Made by a program: the position numbers and the translations under genes. Below, one piece after another: positions 51,996 through 62,174 of a stretch of 64,000 bases of DNA. Position 1 is the stretch's first letter. Each line of letters starts with the position of its first letter. Below the pieces are notes generated by a model. That model was not told the DNA's origin, searched no databases, and saw nothing but the letters and a program-made list of their open reading frames with translations. The stretch comes from an uncultured Chloroflexia bacterium (lineage in GTDB: Bacteria; Chloroflexota; Limnocylindria; Limnocylindrales; CSP1-4). Location: the NCBI GenBank assembly GCA_963712735.1, contig CAVQIZ010000001.1, positions 23,111 through 87,110 on the forward strand, read 5' to 3'.

Positions 51996-53042
51996 ATGAG
52001 CAGAGAGCTCCCCATCTTCGATGCCCACGGCAGCGCCCCTGAGCTGCATCAGCCACTGACCATCGCCATGGGCGGCTCGGTCGATGCCTCCGCCGCGCGC
52101 ACCGGACCCGACCGCCAGCGCCACCCCGACTGGATCAAGGCCAAGCTGCCCACCGGTGCCAACTACACCGAGCTCAAGAACCTCGTCCGCGGCCAGACGC
52201 TCAACACCGTCTGCGAAGAGGCCATGTGCCCCAACATCGGCGAGTGCTGGGAGCAGCGCACGGCCACCGTCATGATCCTGGGTGACACCTGCACGCGGGC
52301 CTGCGGCTTCTGCGCCGTCAAGACCGGCCGGCCCGAGTGGAACGATGACGACGAGCCCCGGCGCGTGGCGGAGGCGGTCGCGGTGATGGGCCTCGAGCAC
52401 GTGGTCGTCACCAGCGTCTGCCGCGACGACCTGCCCGACGGTGGTGCCGGTGCCTTCGCCGCGACCATCCGTCAGATGCGTCGACACAGCCCGGGCATGG
52501 GCGTGGAGGTGCTCATCCCTGACTACCTCGGCGCCGATCTGCGCACGGTCATGACCGCTGCACCCGACATCCTCAACCACAACGTGGAGACCGTCGAGCG
52601 GCTGCAGAAGCCCGTCCGCAAGCGTGCTCGCTACGACCGCTCCCTGCAGGTGCTTGCCGACGCCAAGGCCCTCGCCCTCGACATCGCCGGACGACCCGGC
52701 ACGGTGCACACCAAGTCGAGCATCATGGTCGGCCTGGGCGAGACGCGCGTGGAGCTGAGCCAGACCTTCCGCGACCTGCGGGATGTCGATTGCGACATCC
52801 TCACCCTGGGCCAGTACCTGCGACCGACCGTCAGGCACCTCCCCGTCGAGCGCTACGTCCACCCCGACGAGTTCGCCGAGATGAAGGAGGAGGGCCTCGC
52901 GCTCGGCTTCAAGCACGTCGAATCGGGTCCGCTGGTGCGCTCCTCGTACCACGCTCGCGACCAGGTGCCCGAGGAGGCCAAGCGCAACCGCAGCGCACAA
53001 GCTGCAGCCCTGTCCGCCAACGGGCTGGCCACGGGCTCATAG
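51996..53042 (+). CDS. lipA: Lipoyl synthase
   Basis: [26 protein letters not shown]. Confidence 0.96.
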   Translation: MSRELPIFDAHGSAPELHQPLTIAMGGSVDASAARTGPDRQRHPDWIKAKLPTGANYTELKNLVRGQTLNTVCEEAMCPNIGECWEQRTATVMILGDTCTRACGFCAVKTGRPEWNDDDEPRRVAEAVAVMGLEHVVVTSVCRDDLPDGGAGAFAATIRQMRRHSPGMGVEVLIPDYLGADLRTVMTAAPDILNHNVETVERLQKPVRKRARYDRSLQVLADAKALALDIAGRPGTVHTKSSIMVGLGETRVELSQTFRDLRDVDCDILTLGQYLRPTVRHLPVERYVHPDEFAEMKEEGLALGFKHVESGPLVRSSYHARDQVPEEAKRNRSAQAAALSANGLATGS

Positions 53043-53081
53043 CCCCGGCGACGCCACGGCAAAGCCGGACCGCAGGCATCG

Positions 53082-53613
53082 ATGTACGAGACGTCCGAGG
53101 ACCTGACCCGGCTGCAGGCCACGCTCGACCGCAGCTACGAGTCGGCCGGGGCGCACCTGCGCGAGGTCATCACGCCCGAGCGGCGGCTGAGCGCCGAGCA
53201 GCTGGTCGAGCGGCTGCAGGGCATGTGTCTGCTCACGCTCGCCACGGTGATCGGCCGATGGCCGTCCCATCAACGGTCCCGTGGACGGCTTCTTCTACCG
53301 CGGCGAGTGGATCTTCGGCTCAAGTCGCGACTCGCTGCGATTCCGGCACATCGGCCGGCGACCGCAGGTCAGCGCCACCTACCTGCCGGCCGAAGAGCTC
53401 AGCGTCACGACCCACGGCCGGGCCATCGGCATCGACCAGGCCAGCCACGATTCGGGCGCCGTGCGTCGCATGCTGCTCGACTACTACGGTCAGCGCTTCG
53501 GCGCCGACGCCGCGGCCTTCCTGGACTCCGGCGTGGCCTATGCGCGCATCGAGCCCGAGCGCATGTTCACCTTCTACCTGGATCCGCGTCTCGCTTCGCT
53601 GCAGCTCAGCTAG
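53082..53613 (+). CDS. Pyridoxamine 5'-phosphate oxidase-like split-barrel protein (frameshift near 53250)
   Basis: LLTLATV..DG.P..GPVDG, RFRHIGRRPQVSAT. Confidence 0.72.
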
Positions 53614-53709
53614 CCGGTCAGGCCGGGGTTCTCGACGGGTGCGCCGATGACGGAGCGCGGAATGTCGTCCGATGGGATCATGACCAGCAAGTGAACGATC
53701 GAAGGGCGT

Positions 53710-54771
53710 TCACTGGCCCCGCAGCAGGATGCGCCGGGCGTTGCCTGCGTAGACCTTGGCCAGCACCTCGTCGGGCAGGCCGATGCCGTGGATCTGCCAG
53801 CGGCCCTGCAGCGGCACCTCGCCCAGGTCGTAGTCGAACGACTCGTCGAAGGTCTCCAGGAAGCGGTAGAAGATGCGGTACATGGCGGGGTCGTAGCCGA
53901 AGTCCGTGCCGAAGAGGATGCGGTCGGCGTAGCGCAGGAAGAACTCGCGCGCGGTGTACGGCTGCCGTCCCAGCTCGCTGATGCGCGCCGAGATATCCAC
54001 GAAGAGGTTGGGGTTGCGGTCGAGCATGCCTGACACCAGCGCCAGGTCCTCCGATGCGCAGCCGACGTGTGCGCCGATGAACGTCGTCTCGGGATGTCGT
54101 GCCACCACTCGCTCGAAGGCGGCGATGATCTCGTCGAAGGTGGCGAAGCCGAACTCACCAGCCTCTGACCTCGGTGGCCAGAAGTGCCAATCGGGATGCG
54201 CCTGCAGCTCCTCCCAGCGTTCGTTGCGGGCGTCGAGCCGCTCGAAGAAGGCGATGGGGTCGGCCACATGCACGACGACCACGGCGCCCGTCCGCGCAGC
54301 CGTGGCCCACAGCGAATCCAGCCGCGGATCGTCGACCGGCACGATGGCGCCGTCGGGATCGCGCGCCCGCAGGCCCAGCGGCTTCCACGCCTTCACGCCG
54401 ATGGCCCCACGGCGGACCGAATCCTCCAGGCGAGCGGCTTCCATCTCGCCGAAGTCGGGACGCTCGATCCACTCCCTGTAGGCCAGCTGTGCCACGTGGG
54501 CGAACCGCCCCGGGTGCGCCCCCGCGTACTTCGCGTGGCGCTGACTGAACGCCTCGCCCTGGCCGCCATCGAGGTCCACGACGGTCTCGACACCGGCCTC
54601 GTCGAGCGCCGCGAGCAGCTCGGACACCGGCCGCCGGGACCAGCCGTAGCTGAAGGTCTCGCCCAGGTGGTTGTGCGCGTCCACCACGCCGAAGCGCGGC
54701 TTCTCGACGAGGTGCCGGGGCAGGCGCAGCCGGCTGATCGGTCGATAGTCGGAAAGGCGCATCTCGGGCAT
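53710..54771 (-). CDS. Amidohydrolase family protein (Amidohydro_2)
   Basis: VDAHNH, GVK, HVADP, GAHVG, ILFGTD, YAGNA. Confidence 0.85.
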   Translation of the reverse strand: MPEMRLSDYRPISRLRLPRHLVEKPRFGVVDAHNHLGETFSYGWSRRPVSELLAALDEAGVETVVDLDGGQGEAFSQRHAKYAGAHPGRFAHVAQLAYREWIERPDFGEMEAARLEDSVRRGAIGVKAWKPLGLRARDPDGAIVPVDDPRLDSLWATAARTGAVVVVHVADPIAFFERLDARNERWEELQAHPDWHFWPPRSEAGEFGFATFDEIIAAFERVVARHPETTFIGAHVGCASEDLALVSGMLDRNPNLFVDISARISELGRQPYTAREFFLRYADRILFGTDFGYDPAMYRIFYRFLETFDESFDYDLGEVPLQGRWQIHGIGLPDEVLAKVYAGNARRILLRGQ

Positions 54772-54795
54772 GTTCGACTCCCCCTCGTCGAGACG

Positions 54796-55671
54796 CTACT
54801 TGATGCTGCCGGCGGTCAGACCGCCGACGAGCCACTTCTCGATGACGATGAACAGGATGACGACCGGCACGATGGCGATGAGGGAGGAAGTGAAGAGGTA
54901 CTGCCACTCGACGCGGTATTGACCGATGAACGTGGTCACGCCCACCGTCAGCGGGTGGATGTCCGGCGACTGCGCCAGCGTGAGCGCGACGACGAACTCG
55001 TTCCAGGCCGCGATGAAGGTGAAGATGGTGGCGGTGATGATGCCCGGCAGGGCCAGTGGCAGGGTCACGCGGCGCAGCACGCCCAGGCGCGAGGCGCCGT
55101 CGATCGACGCTGCCTCCTCCAGCTCCACCGGGATGGTCGAGAAGTAGGCCACCATGATCCAGGTGGAGAAGGCCAGGTTGAAGGCCGCGTTGACGATGAT
55201 GAGCGAGAGGTAGGTGTTGACCCCGGCCGCGGGGAAGATGTCGCCGATGGTGACGAACTCGCGGTAGATGCCGATGACCAGCGCGGTCGGCGCGAACATC
55301 TGGGTGATGAGCACCAGCAGCAGGAACACCAGGCGCCCGCGATAGCGGTAGCGCGCGGTGTAGTAGGCCGCGGGCAGGGCCACCAGCAGCACCAGGATGG
55401 TGGCGAAGATGGCGATGATGAGGCTGCTGCGCAGGTAGCCCCACAGCGGTGCCTCCTCCCACACGGTCACGAAGTTGGAGAACTCGAGGCGCGAGGGCAG
55501 GTACTGCGCCGGCACGGAGTAGAGCTCGCTGCCCGGGGTCAGGGCGGTGATGAGCATCTGGATGTAGGGCGCCATAAAGAAGAAGGCCACCAGCGCCCCG
55601 AGGCCGGTCAGCAGGGCCTTCTTGATCGACGGCGCTCGCACTCCCGCGCCGGCGCTCCGCATCGTCGTCAT
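54796..55671 (-). CDS. Carbohydrate ABC permease (MalG-like)
   Basis: ELEEAASIDGAS, AWNEF, GLTAGSIK. Confidence 0.92.
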   Translation of the reverse strand: MTTMRSAGAGVRAPSIKKALLTGLGALVAFFFMAPYIQMLITALTPGSELYSVPAQYLPSRLEFSNFVTVWEEAPLWGYLRSSLIIAIFATILVLLVALPAAYYTARYRYRGRLVFLLLVLITQMFAPTALVIGIYREFVTIGDIFPAAGVNTYLSLIIVNAAFNLAFSTWIMVAYFSTIPVELEEAASIDGASRLGVLRRVTLPLALPGIITATIFTFIAAWNEFVVALTLAQSPDIHPLTVGVTTFIGQYRVEWQYLFTSSLIAIVPVVILFIVIEKWLVGGLTAGSIK

Positions 55672-55672
55672 C

Positions 55673-56612
55673 TCAGGCCCGCCTCCAGTCGACGACGCGC
55701 AGGTAGAGCAGCACGAAGACGAGGATGACGCTGAAGTTGACCACGGCCATGGCCGCCGACTGGCCCACGTCCAGCAGCTGGAAGGCCAGCTTGTACATGT
55801 GCGTGGTGGTGGTGTCGGTCAGCGATCCAGGCCCGCCCTTGGTCATGGCCCAGATGATGGGGAAGGAGTTGAAGACGTTGATCATGTTGATGATCGAGGC
55901 CACCAGCAGGGCAGGCCGCAGCATGGGCAGGGTGATGTAGCGGTAGCTGTGCCGGCCCGTGGCCCCGTCCACGCGGGCTGCCTCGTAGATGTCTTGCGGG
56001 ATCGACTGCAGGCCGGCCAACAGCACATACGTGGTGAACGGCAGCGACACGAAGATGGCCACGAACATGAGCCAATAGAAGGCCACGCCCGGATCGCCCA
56101 GCCAGTCGTTGACGAAGCTGTCGAGCAAGCCTAGGTCGAAGAGGATGCGGTTGATGATCCCGTAGAAGCCGTCGAGCATCCAGCGCCAGACGGTGGCCGT
56201 CATGACCACCGAGGCGGCCCACGGGATGATCAGCGCCCAGCGCACCAGGCGCCGGCCGGGGAAGGCCGCGTTGAGCAGCGAGGCCAGCCCGAGCGAGATG
56301 AGGATCGTGACGCTGACGACCAACAGCACCCACACCAGCGTGCGGGTGATGATCGCCGGGCAAGTCCGGGTCGGCGAAGAGACGCTCGAAGTTCGAGAGG
56401 CCAGTGAAGCCCCGCGCCAGGCCGGAGGCGCTGATCTCCAGGACCGAGGTCCGCAGCATCTCGAAGGCGGGCCAGAGGACGACCCCGATGATGAGCAGGA
56501 GCGCAGGACCGATCCAGGGCAGCGGCCCCAGGTCGGGCAGGCGGCGACGGGGTGGCGTCGCCTGCGCGCGCGGCGGGCCCGAGCTCGATGGTGTCCGTGT
56601 CGCCTCGGTCAC
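55673..56612 (-). CDS. Carbohydrate ABC permease (MalF-like; frameshift near 56360)
   Basis: IYEAARVDGA, MTKGGP. Confidence 0.88.
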
Positions 56613-56632
56613 GTCCCGGCTCCCGATACGGA

Positions 56633-56666
56633 TCGGAGGCCCCTGCCTCGTGACAGGGACCTCCGA
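56633..56666 (-). other. Intercistronic stem-loop after the SBP gene
   Basis: TCGGAGG-c-CCCTG...CAGGG-a-CCTCCGA. Confidence 0.55.
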
Positions 56667-56701
56667 ATCATGACGTTCTCAGGTTCGCGTGGTCGGCCGG
56701 T

Positions 56702-57943
56702 TCAGCTGCCTTCGCCGACCGCGTTGATCTCGTCGAGGACGGCCTGCTTGTCGGCACCCGGCACGAAGGCGGCACCGATGTTGTCCTGGATGGCGCCCTG
56801 GACCGAGCCCCATGCGGCCTGGTCGCTGGGATAGAAGATGGCGCTGGGCAGGACCTCGATGAAGGGGGCCAGGAAGGGGTCGCTCGACATCGTCTCGCCC
56901 GCCGACTTGGTCGCCGGCAGGAAGCCACCGGCCGCCTCGAGGAAGGCCGCGTAGTTCTCGGGGATGAAGAGGAAGCTGAGGAACTTCTGGATGGCCTCCT
57001 GGTTGCTCTCGTCCTCGTTCTTGAAGCCGAAGAAGTAGTCCTGCACGCCGAGTGTGATGGACTCCTTGCCATCAGCGGCAGGGAACGGGGTCACGCCCCA
57101 GTTGACATCGCTCTGGTAGGTGTTCTCGAGCTCGCCCGGCAGGAAGATGGCGCCGTTGAGCATGCCCACCACGCCCTGCGCGAAGAGCGCGAAGGCGCCC
57201 GAGGTGCGGTCGAACGAACCCGGGTTCGGCTGCGTGCAGCCCATGTCCACGAGCTCCTGCAGGAACTCGAGCGTCTCTAGGTTCTCCGCCGAGTTGACTA
57301 CCCAGTTCTCACCGTCGAAGTACTGCCCGCCGTTGCCGCCGGCCCAGATGAGGAACTCGGCCTGGGCCTCCTCGGGGCCCAGCGGGAGGGCCAGCGGGAC
57401 GATGCCCGGCTGTGTGTCGAGGATGGCCTGGCAGACCGCCTTGACCTCGGTCCACGTGGTCGGGGGCTCGACGCCGGCCGCCGCGAGGATGTCCTCGTTG
57501 TAGAAGAACAGGCGGTCAGAGGCCAGGTCCGGCACCGCGTACTCGACGCCGTCGTACTTGGAGTTGTCGCGGAAGCCCTGGATCAGGTCGGCCAGCGTGG
57601 CCTCGTCCACGATCTGGTCAGCCGTGTACAACAGGTCGTCGGCGGCGAAGGCGGCGAAGTAGTTGAGGTTCGCGATATCCGGCGGCTCGCCGGTGGCGAT
57701 GCGCGTGGTCACGACCTGGTCGATGTTGTTCCAGTCCACGACCTGGACGGTGACCTCGATGTCCGGGTTCTCCTCCATGAACCGCGCGGCCAGGTCATCG
57801 AAGTACGGCTGCATCTCGTTGGTGTACTGGGCCGCGATCATCTCGATGCTGGTGCCGTCTTGGGCAGCGGCTGGTACCGCCCCCGCGACGGCGAGCAGGC
57901 CTGCCGCACCCAGGGTCGCGAGTCGCGTGAATCGTGTGGTCAT
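56702..57943 (-). CDS. Carbohydrate ABC substrate-binding protein (CUT1)
   Basis: Signal peptide ending AAAQD; FMEENPDIEV, PPDI, FYNEDIL, PPTTWTE. Confidence 0.9.
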   Translation of the reverse strand: MTTRFTRLATLGAAGLLAVAGAVPAAAQDGTSIEMIAAQYTNEMQPYFDDLAARFMEENPDIEVTVQVVDWNNIDQVVTTRIATGEPPDIANLNYFAAFAADDLLYTADQIVDEATLADLIQGFRDNSKYDGVEYAVPDLASDRLFFYNEDILAAAGVEPPTTWTEVKAVCQAILDTQPGIVPLALPLGPEEAQAEFLIWAGGNGGQYFDGENWVVNSAENLETLEFLQELVDMGCTQPNPGSFDRTSGAFALFAQGVVGMLNGAIFLPGELENTYQSDVNWGVTPFPAADGKESITLGVQDYFFGFKNEDESNQEAIQKFLSFLFIPENYAAFLEAAGGFLPATKSAGETMSSDPFLAPFIEVLPSAIFYPSDQAAWGSVQGAIQDNIGAAFVPGADKQAVLDEINAVGEGS

Positions 57944-57992
57944 CTGTGCTCTGACCTCCTCCATGTGTCCGGCCCGCCGGCGGCGAGACCCC

Positions 57993-58024
57993 GACATCAG
58001 GACGTACGGACGTCCGGTCCTCAT
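57993..58024. promoter_or_regulatory. Putative GntR operator upstream of the ABC operon
   Basis: 57998-58024 is the reverse complement of 62095-62121 with one mismatch; core palindrome CGGACGTCCG. Confidence 0.75.
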
Positions 58025-58166
58025 CCTCCCACAGACTGTCAAGCCAGTCCCATCGGCCTGTCGTGCCGGCGTGCCATCCGTCGGGCGATCACATCCGCCC
58101 GACGCGACCGACGCCGATGTCTGGATGGGAACGCGGCCCGGCCGGATGACGCGGTAGCATCGTGCG

Positions 58167-59222
58167 GTGGCTGCCGTTCTCTCACGCAAGATCCCGCTGA
58201 CGGAGCTTCACTGCCACCTTGGCGGAGCCGTGTCTCCGGCCATCATGTGGGGCATCTCGCATGCGCAGGGCATCCGCCTGCCCAGCAAGGACTTCTGGCA
58301 GTTCCGCGAGATGATCACCGTCTCCAAGCGACATGGCCGCTCCTTCGACGGTTATTTGCAGCTCTTCCACTGGACCGAGCTCATCCAGTCGTCGCCGCTG
58401 GCCGTGGAGCGATCCACCTACGAGGTCATCGGCGGCGCCTACCGCAAGAACCACATCACCACCATGGAGCTGCGCTTCAACCCCATGAAGCGGAACCGCG
58501 GCGGCGAGCAGGACCTCGACCACATCATCAGCGCGGCTATCCGCGGCATGGACCGGGCCACCCTCGAGTACCCCGTGAGGCCGGGGCTCATCCTGTGCCT
58601 GGACCGGGCGTTCCCCCAGCATCTCAACGAGATCATCGTGGAGAAGGCCATCGCCTATCGCGAGCGTGGTGTCGTGGGCATCGACATCGCCGGGCCCGAG
58701 TCGTCCACCTTCGACCCGGCGCAGTACAAGGCCGCCTTCCGGCGGGCGCGCAAGAAGGGCCTGGGCATCACCGTGCACACGGGCGAGTCCGGCCCGGTCG
58801 CGGAGGTGGCACAGGTCATCCGGCACCTCGAGCCCGATCGCCTGGGTCACGGCGTGAAGTCGGCCTACGATGAGAAGACGATGGACCTCATCCGCGAGCG
58901 CGGCATCACCCTCGAGCTGTGCCCCACCAGCAACCTCAACTCGGGCGTCGTCTCCGGCTGGGACGAGTTCGCCTGGATCTTCGACACGTTCCACAAGCAC
59001 GGCGTGCGCTACACCATCAACACCGATGGGCCAGAGATGCTCGATACCTACATCCGCGACGAGCTGGCCTCGCTGGCACGCCACGGCATCCTCTCCGTCG
59101 AGCAGCAGGAGCAGGCTGCCGCGTGGGCCCGGGAGGCGTCCTTCGTCAAGGGAGCGGCCGATGTGCCCATCCCCAAGCGCACGCCGGCGTCGCGGCGCCA
59201 GATCGAGCGCGAGGAGGGCTGA
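58167..59222 (+). CDS. add: Adenosine deaminase family protein
   Basis: ELHCHLGG, GIDIAGPE, HTGE, RLGHG, ELCPTSN, INTD. Confidence 0.88.
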   Translation: MAAVLSRKIPLTELHCHLGGAVSPAIMWGISHAQGIRLPSKDFWQFREMITVSKRHGRSFDGYLQLFHWTELIQSSPLAVERSTYEVIGGAYRKNHITTMELRFNPMKRNRGGEQDLDHIISAAIRGMDRATLEYPVRPGLILCLDRAFPQHLNEIIVEKAIAYRERGVVGIDIAGPESSTFDPAQYKAAFRRARKKGLGITVHTGESGPVAEVAQVIRHLEPDRLGHGVKSAYDEKTMDLIRERGITLELCPTSNLNSGVVSGWDEFAWIFDTFHKHGVRYTINTDGPEMLDTYIRDELASLARHGILSVEQQEQAAAWAREASFVKGAADVPIPKRTPASRRQIEREEG

Positions 59223-59269
59223 GGCGTGGAACGTGGCCAGGCAGCCAGCCGCCAGCGGTGGGGGTCGCC

Positions 59270-59973
59270 ATGCGCGTGATGGCCATCGGCGCGCATCCCG
59301 ACGACCTGGAGATCCTGTGCGCCGGGACCCTGGCTCGCTACGCCGCAGAGGGGCATGCGGTCACGATGTGCCACGTGGCCCGCGGCGACCGAGGCTCCTA
59401 CGAGCACACGCGCGACGAGATCGCCGCCATCCGTGACCTCGAGGCACGCGCCGCCGCTGCGCTCATCGATGCCGACTACCAGGCCCTCGGCATCGCCGAC
59501 GGCGAGATCGACGGATCGGATCCGCGCAGCGGGAGGCGATGGTGGAGGCCATCCGCCAGGCTCGCCCGGACATCGTGCTGGCGCACGCTCCCAACGACTA
59601 CATGACCGACCACGTGCAGGCGTCCCGTCTCGCCCTCGACGCCAGCTTCCTGGCCACGCTGCCATTGATGGAGACGGCCTCCCCGCACCTCGCGGCCGTA
59701 CCCGCGCTGGCCTACATGGAGACGGTCTCGGGCAATGACTTCGTGCCCACCGAGTTCGTCGATATCTCCGGCCACCTGGAGACCAAGCTGGCCATGCTCG
59801 CGAAGCACGAGAGCCAGCTGACCTGGCTGGCCGACCACGACGGCGTGGACATGCTGGAGCAGGTGCGCACGGGGGCGCGCTACCGGGGACTGCAGTGTGG
59901 CGTCGCATCGGCCGAGGGATTCATCGCCTGCAACGTCTGGCTGCGCGCCCGGACGACCCGCCTGCTGCCCTGA
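59270..59973 (+). CDS. PIG-L family deacetylase (frameshift near 59530)
   Basis: GAHPDDLE, DYMTDH, FVDIS, KHESQ. Confidence 0.88.
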
Positions 59974-60028
59974 CGCTCCACCGGCTCGGGGTCGCGGTCC
60001 CCGGCGCCGGGCTCGTCGGCAGGCGCCG

Positions 60029-60994
60029 CTACAGCAGCGCCTCGACCTCCTCCAGGGTGGCCTGGCCGTCGACGCCGCCGACGGCGCGGGTGGAGAGGGT
60101 GCCGCAGGCGACCGCCATCGCCAGGCACTCGCGCAGCGGCCGACCGTCGAGGAAGCCGTAGAGGAAGCCGGCGTCGAAGCCATCGCCGGCACCAGTCGCG
60201 TCCACCACCTGGGCCCGGTCGGCCGGCAGTCGCAGCGCTTCCTCGCCCCGCACCGCGAGCGCTCCCTCGGCGCCCATCTTGAGTGCCACCGTCAGCGGCG
60301 CCGCGACCTCGTCACGTCCGGCTGACTGTGCCCGCTCCGCCAGTGCTCGAGCCGCCCCGAGGGGATCGCTGACCCCGGTGATGAGCGCTGCCTCGCGCTC
60401 GTTGGGAAAGAAGATGTCAGCTGCGGCGAGCATGGCGTCGATGCCGTCCCAGCGGCGATCGGGATCCCAGTTGCTGTCGAACGAGGAGGTCACGCCGGCC
60501 GCCCTGGCCTCGCGGAAGAGGTCGGGCAGGCCCGGCCGCAGCTTGGGCTGGATACCCGTGGATCCGGCGTGGATGTGACGGATGTGGGGGAGGATGTCGC
60601 GCGGCACGTCCTCCGCCCGCAGGCAGTCGATGGTGCCGGTGGCGGTCAGCATGGCGCGGTTCTCGCCGGTCCCCAGGTGCACCGTGGCCCCGGTGGGGAT
60701 GGCCGCATCGACGCTGATCGTCGATGTGTCCACGCCTCGCTGATGCAGCGCCTCCACGATGGCGTGGCCCAGGATGTCGTCGCCCACGATGCCTCCGTGC
60801 GCCACGCGCAGACCCAGCCTGGCCGCCCCGCAGGCGGTGATGGCCGACGAGCCGCCGACGGTCAGCCGGATGGTGCCGACGTACTTCTCGACCTGCCCGA
60901 ACTCGGGCACGACGTCATCGTCGATGACGAGGATGTCGGGATTGACGTCACCGATGACGTAGAGGTCGGTCTCGCGCTCCGGCCCGTCACTCAC
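60029..60994 (-). CDS. PfkB family carbohydrate kinase
   Basis: [35 protein letters not shown]. Confidence 0.92.
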   Translation of the reverse strand: MSDGPERETDLYVIGDVNPDILVIDDDVVPEFGQVEKYVGTIRLTVGGSSAITACGAARLGLRVAHGGIVGDDILGHAIVEALHQRGVDTSTISVDAAIPTGATVHLGTGENRAMLTATGTIDCLRAEDVPRDILPHIRHIHAGSTGIQPKLRPGLPDLFREARAAGVTSSFDSNWDPDRRWDGIDAMLAAADIFFPNEREAALITGVSDPLGAARALAERAQSAGRDEVAAPLTVALKMGAEGALAVRGEEALRLPADRAQVVDATGAGDGFDAGFLYGFLDGRPLRECLAMAVACGTLSTRAVGGVDGQATLEEVEALL

Positions 60995-61967
60995 TCGTGA
61001 TGCCCGGGTACCCCGCGTACCAGCCCTCGGCCAGGGCAGCCCCGCCGACCAGCGGCGATCGCGCGCGCCACGGACGCGCCTCGCTCTCGACGATGTCGAC
61101 GAGCCGCTGCATGCGGGCCACGCCCTCCGAGGCCAGCCAGGCGTCGCGCTCCGGCGCCGCCATGGTCGCGCCTTCCTTCCACACCGAGCGACCCACGAGC
61201 ACGCCCGACGCACCCGCGCCGCAGGCGACCTCCGTCTGCGCCTCGAAGGTGGCATCGTCGACGCCGGCGGAGAGGATGACCCAGGGGATGGCCGTCGCCT
61301 CCTCCAGCTCGGCGCAGGCCTCGCGCCAGCGCGTGCGATCGGTCACCGAGGCGTCGTAGGGGAACTCGCACTTGAGCACATCTCCGCCAAGCGCGGTAAG
61401 CCGCCGGGCGGTGCGGACCACGACGTCGCGCCGGGCCTCGCCGCTGAGCGTGGCGCCGTCCTCCAGGGCGAAACAGAGGGTCTCCAGGAAGAGCGGGATA
61501 TCGGCGTCGGCGCACAGCTCGGCGACATCGATGAGCAGCCGCTCCTGGTCCTCGGCATTCTCCGCGTCGGGGTGGTAGTAGAGCAGCAGCTTCACGGCAT
61601 CTGCGCCCATGCGCTTGACCTGGGCCACGCCCCAGCCCCGCAGCAGGCGACTCTGCCGTGCTGTCGGCGGGCCGTCGTAGCCGGTCTCCTCGACCGACAC
61701 CAGCAGACCGCAGCCCGGCGGCAGGTCGCCGTCGAGGATGGCCGGCCCGGCGCCGATCTCGGGATCGAGCAGGATGCCGCTGGCCGTGCCGGCGACCGCG
61801 CGAACGATGCTGCGCTTGACTGCCACCAGCTGCTCGTAGGGGACCGCGTCGGGATCGTCCGGGCCGAGCATGCGGCGCAGGTTGTTGCGATGGTCGAGCG
61901 CAAGGACCGAGAACCTTCCCGTGCCCGAGGCGCAGGCATCCAGGCCGCGAAGTGTGCCGAGCCGCAC
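60987..61967 (-). CDS. Class I tagatose-1,6-bisphosphate aldolase family (LacD/YihT-like)
   Basis: LALDHR, ILLDPE, AVKLLLYY, DVLKCEFP, WVILSAGV, GRSVW. Confidence 0.88.
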   Translation of the reverse strand: MRLGTLRGLDACASGTGRFSVLALDHRNNLRRMLGPDDPDAVPYEQLVAVKRSIVRAVAGTASGILLDPEIGAGPAILDGDLPPGCGLLVSVEETGYDGPPTARQSRLLRGWGVAQVKRMGADAVKLLLYYHPDAENAEDQERLLIDVAELCADADIPLFLETLCFALEDGATLSGEARRDVVVRTARRLTALGGDVLKCEFPYDASVTDRTRWREACAELEEATAIPWVILSAGVDDATFEAQTEVACGAGASGVLVGRSVWKEGATMAAPERDAWLASEGVARMQRLVDIVESEARPWRARSPLVGGAALAEGWYAGYPGITSE

Positions 61968-62052
61968 GGCATCATCCTCCCTTGTTTCGTGTCGGCCCGC
62001 TCCAGCCAGGGCGTTGCCGCTGTGGTCGCCAAGGATGCTACCACCCGCATCT

Positions 62053-62121
62053 GGACATCCGGACGTCCGTACCACACTTGACATCGGTGTCACCATGAGG
62101 ACCGGACGTCCGTACGTCTTG
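62053..62121. promoter_or_regulatory. Two putative GntR operators in the divergent aldolase/gntR promoter
   Basis: GGACATCCGGACGTCCGTACC (62053-62073) and ATGAGGACCGGACGTCCGTACGTCTTG (62095-62121) flank TTGACA at 62078. Confidence 0.75.
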
Positions 62122-62174
62122 GCGGATGCATGCCGCTCGGTCGCTCGGGTCCGTCGAGCCAGGAGGAGTAGCGC

